Source: Toensbergia leucococca (Eukaryota). From it: a stretch of DNA of 45,335 nt. The notes under the pieces are model-generated. The model was not told the DNA's origin. It saw only the letters and a program-made list of their open reading frames with translations, and did not search any database. A program made the position numbers and the translations under genes. The stretch lies in assembly GCA_022813965.1 (NCBI GenBank), contig JALDZS010000186.1:1-45335 (forward strand), read 5' to 3'. This document shows, piece by piece, positions 22,800 to 35,237 of this stretch; the stretch's first letter is position 1, and every line of letters begins with the position of its first letter.

Positions 22800-24270
22800 G
22801 GCAGGTTTGTTGGGAAACCGTCGTCCTCGGGCATTGAGAAAAAAGAGTAGGAACTCTCACTGAAAAATATCTACAAGACTGATGTGTGTCCACAAAACGT
22901 TCAGATCTAATTCAACGTTGCTATCGCTCTCGCAACCTGAGGCCTTGAAAAGAGGTTTGATATCTGGCCTGTAATTGAACAGCACATTGGTATAGGTAGG
23001 GAGAAACACTTGCTTCCGCCGCTACTTTGACTTATTACTCTGGCGCTTGTACACCAGATCCTCTTGTCTTCATAGGATCTTATATGGAATATCCCTGTCT
23101 CCGGATGTCTTCTCATTCTCACTAGATTGAGAAAAACGGTCGAGCGTGCATAAGTGATAGTCCGCCGGGTATAGATCTTGGATGTGCCGTCAATTGATCG
23201 GCAATGAGTAGAAGCTGTTCGGGGCTTCAATAGTGTCACCAGGATCACTTGTGGAGCCAGGATTATCGTAGCGTTGGAAGAATTTGATCGTGGGATTTGG
23301 CGAAAGAGGAATAGAAATTAGAGTCGGGGGGGGCGCAGGAAGGAATGATGGTGGAAGGATTGAAATGGCTGACGTGGCCAAAACTGCCGGTGTAACACCA
23401 GAAAGAGACTGAGCGACTGCCATAGTGACTACCGCCTAGGCGGAGAGAATCGGGTTAAGAGGAAAGGTTGAATTATGTCAATCGAGAGAGAAATGTGCTC
23501 TGATTATTGATTTGTTGACCAAAGGTACAAGGGAATTGATTGCGAGACTTTCGGCAGCATTTGATCGAAGCAATCGTCAAAGACTTCGTGAATGCTATCA
23601 ACACTTCGCTTTCGAGATAGCAGTGATATATGCTTGAGTATTAGATAGCAGGAATGCGTCAAATATTTCGATTGTCTTACCCATGTCAGCAACACAAACC
23701 TAGTGGTTTCTTGTATGGCCGGGGTCTTGAGACACAACAAATATGTCAACCCCAACAGCCATCACATGAAACGTTACATGCCGCACGGATGGAGGGAAGA
23801 AATATCCCATATCAGTGGCGTGGAAAGATATATAACCTCCTTCTTAGGTGAACGGAGCTGCGCTCTTCACGGCGATTTGAGGTGAATCGTATACAAGCCC
23901 AAAGAATCAGATTGCTTGATCATGTGTAAAGCCAGCTTTGAGGAGATCAATGACAATGGTCTTCGTGAAACGCAGAGGCTATGAGCGGAAGAGTAGCAGG
24001 TTCAAGGACTGGTCAATCTGGAAAAGGGACACGTAAGCACTAGATTCGCCATGTTGTACACTGTTATAGGTAGCGAAGAGTAAAATTGGAGATAAGCATC
24101 AAACGAGAATTCCGCGGGATGATTTTTCAGTCTTCTCCTCGCACTACTCATAAAGTGCCTTTTCTGTGTATCGATGGCGAGTACAGGCTGACACATGACG
24201 GCCGTTCTTCCGTCTAGAATTGATACGGGACCGCGAGACTCTTGAAGCCGCCACGAAGCTGCCAGGTTTT
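22800..24270 (-). pseudogene. Unidentified degraded ORF relics
   Basis: Protein-like minus-strand frames are broken by stops and frameshifts (for example ...TKTIVIDLLKAGFTHDQAI*FFGLVYDSPQI...), with intron-like signals. Confidence 0.3.
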
Positions 24271-24449
24271 GCACCGAATGAAAGCACTATTTAGCGAGGT
24301 TGTGAACTTCATTGTCGAGAGAGGGAGTCTGAAAGACCTCGTAAGGAGAGTCGTGCAGGAATCAATAGCTCTCCGCAACTAGGTATTGGGAGATTATTAA
24401 GAATAATCGCGAGCTCTGATCTCTTGTAAGTAGCATTAGGCCATTCCAC

Positions 24450-26075
24450 TCAGCGTTTGCTCTTTCTCCGTTTTCGTCCACCTTCCATTTCTTCCGTAGC
24501 CTCTTTGACTTCTAATCCCTCTGTCCTTCTTCTCCCTCGAGTGTGGTTGGAGGTCGGTAGCTCAGCCTCTTCCGCGCGAGTTGCTCTCATACGTTCAGCA
24601 CCCTGTCGTCGAACAGCCTCATGAATCGCATGAACGATACAGAGGCGTGTTGAGCCAGTCCAGGAGGTCGTAAAGTGAGACAGCTCGTGGCCTCGAATAG
24701 CCGCAATGCTCCCTGGCTTGAATTCTAGCCGAATACCTAACTCAAGGGAGACCAGATCGGCGCCTCTAAAGTCGCCGACCGGAGTCATAAGAGCCAGGCC
24801 CTTTTCCCAATCACTTTCATCGACGTGGCTTTCAGTCTTTGTGTTGACAAGGACCGCCCAGATGCTGTAGGCCTCTTCGCCGGTTGTGATCACTGCGTGC
24901 TCTGGAAATTGTGCAATTGTTTGTCGCTGCGCGTCTAGCAACTTCGGATCCAGGCATTCATGGACAAACTGCACCGCTTCACCAACAGTGCCAAACAATC
25001 CAGCTGGGCTCACCATCTCATCGCGTATACGCTGAACCTCGGGTTGGCGCTTGGGATGTGAGGCTGGTCGTCTTTGGATAGGGCCAGTAGGATTACCGCT
25101 TGGAGCACCAAATCCGAAATGCTCGACTCCAGAGCAGCCACCATTGGTGACCCATTTGTCGAATTCCGGGCGCGAAGCAAGCCAGCGGTCATGTAATGGA
25201 TGGCGAGGTTGATCTGGGAATGGGGGCGGCTTAATGGAAAAATAGGTAGTCAGCTGCCGCGCTACAGTTTCTGGTACTTTCTCTTCATACAGATACTGAA
25301 GGCCTTCAGGCCAGCGGAACGTGATAACAACCTGGCATCTGTCCATCGCAATGTAGATGACATCGTCTGGAATAGTTTTAACAGTGGTGGGTTTCTCCAC
25401 TGTCACAATCGCTTCATGATCTGCACGTAGAAATCTGTTGTGCACAGGATTGTGGTTTCCCAGCTTATAATTGTCCTCAATCTCCCTCATAACAGCTATG
25501 AGCTCGGGGTTAGCAGCATCATAGGCATCCTGAAGTCGTCCCCATTTCTCAGCATAACCCCAGATCTCGTCCAAAGCCTGAATCCAATACCTCTTCCAGT
25601 CTGGCGGCATGAAGTTGCCTTCACGTGAGGTACGCCAATTGGCGGGTGATTTCCGATTTTTTTTACGCTCTTCCACCAAAACCCTCGCCATCGTGAAAAG
25701 AATAAGATGGTCCTTGGGAATAGGATGATTTTCAGGTTCGGTGGAATATGTCTCGGAAATCACCGCTTTGATTCTCTGGATGATTGGACTGTTCCTATAA
25801 GAAGTTGGATCGTTCAGGTCCACGTTGAATGTCTCGCGCTGGACAATTAGTTTTCTCCACCGAAAGTTGGCAATCGTAGAAATTTCGGTGTCGTGGCTGT
25901 CATTATTGGGCAGAAGACCTTCATCTGGTGTATTGAACCAGGCATCCTGTGTTGCTCGGGCGAAGTCTTTACGATCCCAAATACGGCCCTGGAACAAGGC
26001 TGGCTGATTGGGAAACAGAAGATCCTCGCCGGCAGCCGCGGCTCTGTTTGGCTTGCCTCCCTGAGCCTTTGTCAT
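24450..26075 (-). CDS. TET/JBP-like 2-oxoglutarate/Fe(II) dioxygenase, 541 aa
   Basis: C-terminal region VNTKTESHVDESD...GDFRGADL...LGIRLEFKPGS...LSHFTTSWTGSTR gives H417-x-D419, H467 and R477. The tail GGRKRRKSKR is basic and NLS-like. Intronless. Confidence 0.8.
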   Translation of the reverse strand: MTKAQGGKPNRAAAAGEDLLFPNQPALFQGRIWDRKDFARATQDAWFNTPDEGLLPNNDSHDTEISTIANFRWRKLIVQRETFNVDLNDPTSYRNSPIIQRIKAVISETYSTEPENHPIPKDHLILFTMARVLVEERKKNRKSPANWRTSREGNFMPPDWKRYWIQALDEIWGYAEKWGRLQDAYDAANPELIAVMREIEDNYKLGNHNPVHNRFLRADHEAIVTVEKPTTVKTIPDDVIYIAMDRCQVVITFRWPEGLQYLYEEKVPETVARQLTTYFSIKPPPFPDQPRHPLHDRWLASRPEFDKWVTNGGCSGVEHFGFGAPSGNPTGPIQRRPASHPKRQPEVQRIRDEMVSPAGLFGTVGEAVQFVHECLDPKLLDAQRQTIAQFPEHAVITTGEEAYSIWAVLVNTKTESHVDESDWEKGLALMTPVGDFRGADLVSLELGIRLEFKPGSIAAIRGHELSHFTTSWTGSTRLCIVHAIHEAVRRQGAERMRATRAEEAELPTSNHTRGRRRTEGLEVKEATEEMEGGRKRRKSKR

Positions 26076-27935
26076 GCTGGCGAATTTCTGAGGTTACTGC
26101 TTAGCTTGTCGGAGGAGTTGATGAAACAATGCAAGTCCTAGTAGCCGCAATGAAAGCTGTTGTCCTTCTGAGATGTCGTGTAGATCCGTGACACAACTGC
26201 TGTTAATCAAATAAAGAATGAAGGTTGCGGATCTGGGAGTAATCGTGACAATGATTCTTAGAATGTGTAGAGGATAAATTGACGATGAAGCGGCCGCTGT
26301 GATTGCTCGTGTGACGCGGACGTAATGTCGAATTTCCTGATACAGCTGATCTTTGAAGTGCAGAGGGCCAATCTCCGAGTGATCGCAGTTGAGAATGACT
26401 GTCGGCTTTGCTTGGGGCAGAGAAGACGCAAGGCACACGAAAGGCTGGACTTAATGGGGGAGCCGAAATCACGTGTTGACGCCCGGGCTCGAGTACCATA
26501 GGAATATAACGTCAATACAAGACGTGATGGAGCAATGGAACCATAATCAGAGTACGCCTTCTATCCTTTCGTCGCACTTTCGAAGTAACTTCATATGGCC
26601 GCCGAGCTGACACGCCTCGACGGCCATCGCCGACCTCGACGATACTCCTCTGATTCAACATTACCCACATCAGAATGACCACCCCATCGAGAACGACTTC
26701 CATCTACCAACGATCTCCGAATCCCTATACCATCATACTCCTGGCGGCTACGATCCACAGACCTCAATTCAAGGGCTCAAAATGCGTTTAAGACATAAGA
26801 AACAAGATTGATTTGCAGGATGTCGTACATATATGAGTAGGATTGGTATATATATTCCAAACCAAAAAAAATGAGGCTGACAAAACTTGCGGATCCAGAA
26901 AGCCAGATGTATATATATATAGCAAAGAGCATACAAAACAAGTCCTATGGATGTCTTATGGGAAAAATTGGAAGCTACATCAAACAGCAAACACGGGATT
27001 GTTGAAGCAAGCCAGATCATTTGCCTGAAAGAGCGCTCCCAACAAGCAATTGTGCTAAATGAAAAATCATTGTCCGATCCTTGGGCTGCGAGAAGGCCGA
27101 GATGTGCAATATCTTGAAGGAGCCCATTTCCCTGCCTCAGGCACTTGGAGGGTAGGCTGAGATGTCTTGGATAATTTGCAAGAAGAAATGGTCAAGACCT
27201 GAGAACAGGTGACTACCCACAAGCACCGATGAAAAGAAACAGTCATCTCCAGGAAGGCATTTGAAGGCTACGAGAGGGACTGCCAGCTAGCTTAGGAGGA
27301 AATCAACGTTGCAAGCAGTTCCCAACAAGGTAGCCTCCCGTGGAAGCTGGTGTCCAGTGGAGTGTTTGTTGAAGAGTGAAACGGTCGAAAATTGTCATGA
27401 TGTATGGACGCAGGCCTATCTGACGGCAGGCAATGATGGCAATTCATTCTTGTGACACGTGGCATACATCGCTTGAGGCCGTGATCACGGAGAATTGTTT
27501 GACAAACGCTGGAGCAAATGATAGAGAAGGTCTTACGGATCGAGGGGAAAGGTGAAGCAGAAAGACAAAGTCCTCATGCGGGTAGGACGATTGGTACGTC
27601 CGTATCCGTATCATATTCTCGTATTGATGAGAGATCCGAACGTCTACTTGCGTACGCCGAGCTTGACCATAGAAAGGGGCGACAAAGCCCAGTCAAGGAT
27701 CCAAGGACAGGCACCTTTGAAGTAGTGTGCTTGATTCTCTGTCAACAAACTTGGAAGGCTTATGGCAACACGACCACGTTAGCATTCAGCAGCATCAGCA
27801 CTACTACGAGGACCAGCATTATCAGCTCCACTGGGATTCTGAGAGACAGGTACGGAGTAAGGTTAGCGAAGAAGGTCGTTGAGCTGTCGTCGAGATTAAG
27901 CTGATTGCCTAATCGAGGAATGGTTGTAGGGCGAG

Positions 27936-27997
27936 GTACGGATACGGAGTAGGTAAGTAATCGTAAGTCCACTACCTAGTTCTATCCGTATCCGTAC
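27936..27997. promoter_or_regulatory. 13-bp perfect inverted repeat GTACGGATACGGA upstream of the esterase
   Basis: Arms at 27936-27948 and 27985-27997. Further copies lie at 27599-27610 and about 27850. Confidence 0.55.
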
Positions 27998-28138
27998 TCA
28001 GACTCTACGATACTCAGCTACTGCGTAAAACAGAGTCTCCTTACTCTAGTCTACTGCTCCGTCTTGCGATGGTCTTGGCGATCTCTCTGAAATGAGACTC
28101 CTATGCTGCTGCACTGCTCGACAACCCTCTCTCTCATA

Positions 28139-29272
28139 ATGGACTCTCAACGCCAGAGCCTCCTCACCCGCCAGCCCGGTAAAGCTCTTTACACCTTCTT
28201 CTTCGTTGCATCGACTGCAGCCTGCTTTCCCATCTGGCTCACCTATTACACCTTGTTCCGTCCACACCATGGATGGACATTGACTCAATCCCTCAAAGTC
28301 AAGCTTGTTCGAACCTTCCTTGAATGGGCTAGTATTGTTAAAATAAGTACCCCCTTCGTGCTTGCACCTGGCCGGGAAAAGGATCAATTCATCACCATCG
28401 AACCCTCTACCAAGGACGTCTACCAGGCCATCTTGAACACCACCCAAGTCAAGCCTGCCACTATAGGAGGAACCTGGTTTCCAAGTCCCTATGAAACCAC
28501 CGACAAGCAGAACGTCATTTGTCATTTCCATGGGGGTGCATACGTGATTGGAGACGGCCGAGAGGAGGACGCTGGATATGCAGCTAAGCTGTTCATCAAG
28601 TACGCCGATGCGAAGGTCTTCTGTCCGCAATATAGGCTGGCCAGTAACTCTGGTGGTCATTTCCCGGCCGCCCTCCAAGACGCCGTCACCGCGTACCAAT
28701 ATCTTCTAGACAAAGGGATCCCCGCTAAGAAGATTGTCATATCTGGTGATTCCGCCGGTGGTAATCTCGCTCTTGCGCTTCTACGATACCTTTCGGACAA
28801 CGAAGGCCTCCTCCCTGACCCATCGGCCGCTCTGCTTTGGAGTCCTTGGCTTGATCTTGAAGCAGCTACAATCCCAGGGAAGATGGCGCATCACAGGAAC
28901 ACAAACAAAGATATCGTTGGGGAACTTTTTGGTTCCTGGGGAGCAAATGCCCTCGCCCCCGCAGCAATACCCATAACAGATCCATACATGACGGCCATAC
29001 ATCATCCATTCTTATCGAAAACGCCCATGTTCTTTCACACGGGCGCAGCAGAAATTCTATGCGACGAGATTGTGCAGTTCGTGAAGGAATTGAAGAACAT
29101 ACAAGATAACAAGGTAGAATTGTTCGAGGACCCAATGGCTCCACACGACATCATAATGGTAGGGAAAATGATTGGCTTTGAGGCCGAGGCAGAAGTCGGT
29201 GCTCAGATGGCTGCTTCGTTTCTAAAGAAGCAAGGCATCAATCCACACTCTCGGGAAACTCTGGAGACCTGA
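28139..29272 (+). CDS. Alpha/beta hydrolase fold-3 (HSL-family) esterase/lipase
   Basis: HFHGGAY, YRLA, FPAALQD, GDSAGG and APHD motifs plus an N-terminal hydrophobic helix. An alternative start lies at 28103. Confidence 0.93.
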   Translation: MDSQRQSLLTRQPGKALYTFFFVASTAACFPIWLTYYTLFRPHHGWTLTQSLKVKLVRTFLEWASIVKISTPFVLAPGREKDQFITIEPSTKDVYQAILNTTQVKPATIGGTWFPSPYETTDKQNVICHFHGGAYVIGDGREEDAGYAAKLFIKYADAKVFCPQYRLASNSGGHFPAALQDAVTAYQYLLDKGIPAKKIVISGDSAGGNLALALLRYLSDNEGLLPDPSAALLWSPWLDLEAATIPGKMAHHRNTNKDIVGELFGSWGANALAPAAIPITDPYMTAIHHPFLSKTPMFFHTGAAEILCDEIVQFVKELKNIQDNKVELFEDPMAPHDIIMVGKMIGFEAEAEVGAQMAASFLKKQGINPHSRETLET

Positions 29273-30467
29273 TTCCGTCATGCGAATATGGAAAGAAGAG
29301 AAGTAAGAGGAGGGACTTGTTCAAGGTTTGGAATTTTCTCGCGAGTGGACGAAGGTGTTCTAGGATTGACACAAAATACTCAGGTGGTGACGAGGGTGGT
29401 TGAATGCTCGGACCAATGTCACAATGGGATTACTCGTAGATAATGGAAGACAATCATCCATGTAATCATCATCAGTCACAACAATGTTGCGGGTTCATGA
29501 TTGGCCAGTTCTAGCAACATACTTTCCTCACTTTCCTCCCAAGTTTATCTAGCTTGTCACTTACCACGTGGATGTCAAGCAGCGGGACGGAAAGGGAGGG
29601 ACGTGTTTCAGGGGCAAAAGAACTGAGTGTATGATTGGTTGCATCTCGGCATGCGCTGGACCGGAGCAGGGTAGCACAGTGGCATTAACGCGTCATCATC
29701 ATTGACATCGATCCGACCACGACATCCAGCAACGGCAATCAAACAACTTTATTGCTCCAGCGCCGCAACTCCGATGTCTACAATATCTCTCTGAACATTG
29801 ATTGGCCTTCCTCCTTGTTACACAGCAGCAAGTGGGGTAGAGTCACGTGAAAATGCGACAACTCACCCTGAACGCCACGCTGATCCGCTCCCGTTGAACA
29901 TTGTTGAACAGCGCTTATTCTTTGGAAAAAGAACAAAAAATTGGAGATGCTGCAAACATCTGCCCCTAAACTGCAGCATGAAAGCGGGCTCGATCTTTCA
30001 CTTGCCTGCGAGGGATAGAATTGATGACAGCCTTTTGACAGCTTCGAATATCCATGAAGGATGCTTCAACCATCCAGTCCTCATCCTGGCAGCCGACATC
30101 TCAACAGATCTGGTCACTGTATTCATTGTACGCCATCTATACGAGCCGACCGTACAGCCCAAGAATTTGCTAATCTGGTAAGCTTACCTCTTTTAACGGC
30201 AAAGACCTGGTCGAAAGATTCCCCGAGTACAGCAATCAACGCCGTTGTCGCCAACATCATGTACCAATCTCTCCCAGCCCACCGCATCCTGACAATGACA
30301 TTCAACTATTCCTACATGGCGACCTGAAGCTTCGCAAGCCGTCTTGGGTTAAGACCGAGGCCAAGTTCAGCATCAATCGACATGCTTTGATCAATTATGA
30401 TCGCCATGGAAAGCGCTATCGCCTTAGGAATGAATCCTTCAAGGTGCTCGTCACTTATGTTAGCTCC

Positions 30468-30935
30468 ATGTCCGAACCAACTACATCTCATCTGCCGTGG
30501 GCAGTCACAAGATCTCAAACCTACCCACCACCCGCAGCCCTTCCAATCTCTGTTTCGCGGCCAGTAGCAACAAATTCCCTTCAGGCTCGACTCTCTGAAA
30601 TACGTCGGCCATCTCATTATCCTCCCGAGCGAAGAATCAGCTTCCAATTACCACCCTCACTACCCGTACCCTCACGCTCGAGACCATTTAAACCGGCCAT
30701 GCGCTCTCCCTTCAACCCCTACAGAAGCCTTTCCGAGCCGCGATCAGCCAATATTATCTACGACAATCCGTCCGCACAATTACTACCTTATGCCCACAAC
30801 TTGCAAAGCACCAGAGCCTCTTCCCGTGCAATGGGCCTCCTACCATTTACTTTCTTTTGGTTAATTGTTTTGGTGATTCTTGGCGTTGTAATATATGTCA
30901 TATATCGTTTCTGGACCCTCTGGACTTCTGTATAA
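30468..30935 (+). CDS. Small Pro/Ser-rich protein with C-terminal transmembrane helix
   Basis: ATG at 30468; the protein ends in LLPFTFFWLIVLVILGVVIYVIYRFW. Confidence 0.55.
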   Translation: MSEPTTSHLPWAVTRSQTYPPPAALPISVSRPVATNSLQARLSEIRRPSHYPPERRISFQLPPSLPVPSRSRPFKPAMRSPFNPYRSLSEPRSANIIYDNPSAQLLPYAHNLQSTRASSRAMGLLPFTFFWLIVLVILGVVIYVIYRFWTLWTSV

Positions 30936-31249
30936 GCTTTGTATAAGAGATGTTGGGCGGTGTCAGCAAATCAGAACTGGGTTTATTGGGAATTTGGAGA
31001 ATTCGGATAAGGCATGGAAAAGGGGTTCGTTTCACGATTTAACGCCATTTTCTGTATATTGGGAGGCTTCTTAGAGACATGACGCAAAGTCTTGATGAAT
31101 ATACGGTCACAACTCTGTAAGAATTTCACCATCTGATAAGAATGCTAACGTCGTCATAGATGAACCCTCGATATTGGTGATCGGGATGAATACAAGACTC
31201 TGTTGATACCATACAGTGATCTGCTGCCACATGCCAACGCATAATTTCC

Positions 31250-31602
31250 ATCTATCTCGCCTCAAAATCCCACTATGTCCCGCCCTCATAAATTTGCTCT
31301 TCATCAGCCACCAACCTCACCATCACTTCCGCCCCATCCTCCGGAGTCTTTCCCTTCCCCTTCCCCCTATCAATAAATCCAGTGAAAGCCGTCTTCAGCA
31401 CTCCTGGCGCTACAGTATAAAATCTAATCTTCGAGTCATCTCCTCTCTTCTTAGTGGCCTCTTCGGCCTCCACTCGAGCGTTTTCCGCAGCCCGCATGTG
31501 GGCCTTCAGGCCAATCAGCCCGACGTTGTTGGCCTTTTTATGCATGGAGCCGTCAATCCCAGGGGAATTTTGTTCTAGTACGTTAGATATATATGCAATC
31601 AC
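31250..31602 (-). pseudogene. Short-chain dehydrogenase/reductase C-terminal fragment
   Basis: IRFYTVAPGVLKTAFTGF...KTPEDGAEVMVRLV...GGT*WDFE. No Rossmann N-terminus is present. Confidence 0.7.
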
Positions 31603-32137
31603 ACTAGAGCACTAACATTTGGCATTATTCTAGGCGAGTACGTTACTGCCGCTGTAGTTGCCTGCGAAGTCGCCTTGAACGAAGCTGACATCATTTCGGG
31701 ACTCGATTCAATAGAATGTTCAGCATTCTTGAATATAATGCATTGAAAAGCATACATATGTCAATGTTTTGATAGGTAGGATTAAGACGGATTGCCTTGA
31801 ACGCGCTTCTGAGCTAAATAGTGTGTACGGCTGATTACGAGGACATGTCAGAGGAACATGGGCGATTAACGCATCGCAAAGTGCGCCACCAAGTGCTGCG
31901 GCTTCTTGCAAGCACAGAGATCCTCGGCGGAGCAGACGTTTGAAACGCGGCTAATTCATTCGACGGTAAGTCTTGTAGCAATCACTTCATATATGCGCCG
32001 ACGGGGTTAGATCTGTGGGTGCGAACCGTGCTTGTCAAAGCTATATAGGTTCATGGAGAAAACCAGGAGCTAAGATATTCATATTTCACCGACTATTCTG
32101 GAACGGCCAAGAGTTTGCAAAGTCATACCTTGCAACC

Positions 32138-34248
32138 ATGAACTACATAAGAACAGAAGATGTACAGCACGGGTTCGATAGCTGGATTGATTATGATCGA
32201 AGTTGGCTCTTTCGTCAGTAACTTTTCTTTGGCATTTGGTGATAATGTAATTATTGGAAACTAATTAAACCCAATCGCAAACATAGGTCGTCAAATTCTT
32301 GTCACGGACTTTGAGGCGTCTATCCTGAGCAATTTAGTCACGATAGCCTTGACACTGGCTGGTCCTCGGCTTTGGATCCTTCTAAAAGCAATTCTCTATT
32401 GCACATATGACCTATGCCTGAAAATTCATGGCTGTCGAGAACTACTACAAAATTAGTTACTGGTTCCATCACAAGTTCAAGTTGAGAGACTTCTGCTGAC
32501 TCTGTGAAACAGTTTATATTTGCCGCAATCCCAGACGAATGGCAACATGTTATCTCTACACAACAATCGCCTGAACCATTGCCTTGCCACCACTGAAGAG
32601 TCTCATTCTGAACTTGGTGCAGCTCACGATCTTATGGCCGACATATGGGAACAACTTCGAGATGATCGTATTGAGCTTTCAACTGGAAAAGCCGTGCAAG
32701 AACGATTTTGTCGTCGGTTTCTAGACAAGGCCACTAGAATTTGGGTGAACTTCCTAAGGCACCCTGCTGATATTCTCATGTCGTTACTTTTGTCAATCCT
32801 CCTTATCGGCATATATGTGGCCGAGTCATCCGGCGGCGTTCTCTCTGCGAACATCATCAGTGATACTGCAGCACTAGCTTCAACGGCAAAATGTGCTCTT
32901 GTATCTGATATCGACTGGTCTACTAAGGCAAAAAGGAGAGATCCACTTGTGGCTCAGGCTACGGCTTACGCCCAGCAATGCTATAATGCAAGGAAAGGGG
33001 CAGAGGGATGCAACTATCTATATAAGCAAAGTATAGAATACACAGAGACTGCAGATGACATATGCCCTTTTGCAGGTAAGACCTGTGCATTGGGACGGAA
33101 CGGTGCTCATACTTTTGATACCGGTTTTAGCGATGCAAGCTATACTGGCATCAACACAGCGAAGCGATACCAATTCAGAAAACGAACAACTTGCGCCCCT
33201 TTGATACCAGATGGTGAAAACATAAATATCACAAAAGTCGGCGAAGATGTTGAGTATGACTACTTTGGCTGTAGAAGAGGTACCAACTGGGCAATGGGAT
33301 CAGGTTTCTCTATGCAGTACTGTATACCTCTATTTTGATATAACTATCACGTACTGAAACAATTTTAGATTTGGGGTTAGCAATTGTCCAAAGGCAATCG
33401 ATCTGCTCTATTCTCACAACGATACTGCAAAGGCCACCTTCGTTTACATCATTGAAATATCCTCAGCTGGTATAACGTATCCAAGTATTCGAGATGAACC
33501 AGTATTTCCTGCCTTGTTTCCAACCGGGGATACCTATGAGGGTGATCCTGTATATTACTATAACAATGCTACTCGGCCTTCAATCATTGGATGCACTGGC
33601 GATATTGAGATCTATGACCCCGAATTGGCTGAATTTCATATACTGGACGGCAGGGTTTCTATTTTTCCTCACGCAAAAGCTGACGCCACCGTATCAGAAT
33701 CCGACGTGGTTCGTGCTCTCCTCATACTTGCCTTGAAACCTCCCACGATACTTGATCTTTTCGGATCCGGGCCCTTGGAAGCTGAATCTCATTGCAACTA
33801 CTTCAATTGTGAGAACCTCCCCCGTGATCAATGGATAATTGAGTTCCGCAGGTGGTGCGAGGCGTCGTTGGCTCAAATACAACTCAAGGTCCTTGAAATT
33901 GTCCAAGGACCGAAGCTGATTGAAGTGGAGGATTATCATAGAATTCCCCCAGCCTACAGAGGTATGTGCAGGATGGGCAAGTTCAAGAGTGTGGGTTGGC
34001 GCAACGTCAGCGTCTGGGGGCTATCTGGCCTGCTCTTTCTTGCGGCGGCTGTCTCACTAGCTAGTGTCAAGACTGAAGAGGAGGAGCTATGGCTTGTTGT
34101 GGGAGTGAGATTAGGGGGCCTGGCTGTGTTGTGGTTCGTTGAAAAGATGAGGAGAGCAGCCTGGATGAACCTCTACGACTTGGTCAAGAAGCTGATCTGG
34201 GACTGTTGCGGAGCAAGTTTGCGCTTGTGGCAGCGGTGCTTCAATTAG
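32138..34248 (+). CDS. Uncharacterised fungal membrane protein (multi-exon; model uncertain)
   Basis: Motifs AYAQQCY, CPFAGKTC..FDTG..GINT..RYQFRKRTTCAPL, LPRDQW..E...W.EASLA.IQ and FKSVGWRNVS plus a TM helix. Probable introns lie at about 32215-32286, 32456-32512 (weak donor) and 33317-33370. Confidence 0.65.
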
Positions 34249-34499
34249 GTGTGGTGAACCGTCTTTCCCTATCAATCACGGATTACAATTGAGAGTATCT
34301 AGGGGATTGAAGGATCTTGAAAATGATAGTGAGACTCTTTTTTACGATGATTGAGGACACGCTTCATCGAACTTACAAAAATTCAAGTCTCTTTTTGAAT
34401 TAAAGTCAGGAACAACAGCACGTCAAAAGCCCTCAAAGACAAAATCATTTCACAGAAGATATAGAAACAGATGTCAAAGGCGAGCTAGCCATTGCCAAA

Positions 34500-35237
34500 T
34501 TACCCTGGAGCAGAGCGGATGCGCACTAAGCTAGCTGCAAAGTTGGCCCGTCAAATTGCGAGACGAGAATCCGTCCAAATACAGCTTCTTCGTCAATCTA
34601 CCTTCCATCTTGGACAAAGATGCCACTCTAAATGAGTTGACCTACGCCTTGGACGTCCTGATACAAGATGGCGTCTGTCTCTTTACCCGTTACGGGTCTG
34701 ACCACAAGTACCTAGGCCACCCTGACTTTCAATACCTATTGGAAGAGCTCATTCGCCGTTTCGTAGTCGTGTTTGTACCCACAAACCCTGTCGACACCAA
34801 ACTAGTCGCTCCTCTCCTCCCTCGACCAATTCTCGCCTACGCTTTCGAACGAACAAAGAAGCCGTGAGTCTCATCATATCGAAAACGGTCGCAAATTCAA
34901 AACCCTCAAGATCATTCTCTTTCATGCCGGCCAGAACCTTGCCCTGCCTCATTGAACGGTCAATGAGCATCATCCCTCATATGAGCAGCAATTAAAATAC
35001 ATCACAGAGGACGCGATGGAAGATGCTCAAGAATCCTACTACGATACGGCGCTGCCAGGAGAAAAGAACGCTCTCATGACAGTGCACAAGTTTGTCAAAC
35101 CGGGTCATATACTTGATGACAGTGAATTTACCTACGCTCCTCAGTCTATCCATTATTGCACCCATGCCTTGAACGCATATCTCATTGAAAAGGACGGGTC
35201 TCCTGCAGAATATCAATATGATGACAAGCTCACGTAA
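34500..35237 (+). pseudogene. Amidohydrolase-2 family (6-methylsalicylate decarboxylase-like) pseudogene
   Basis: LRDENPSKYSFFVNLP..ELTYALDVL..DGVCLFTRYG...YLGHPDF..EEL and later YYDTAL. The frame is broken, the HPT His is lost and the N-terminus is missing. Confidence 0.8.

Noticed and set aside
22490..27500. Calling a KDZ (Kyakuja/Dileera/Zisupton) transposon around the TET-like gene
   Set aside because: No recognisable CxC domain, KDZ catalytic motifs, TIRs or TSD.
28046..28699. 217-aa antisense ORF, and similar shadow ORFs at 17215, 20730, 38956-38964 and 39305
   Set aside because: They overlap well-supported genes on the opposite strand or lie in low-complexity DNA, with no motifs.
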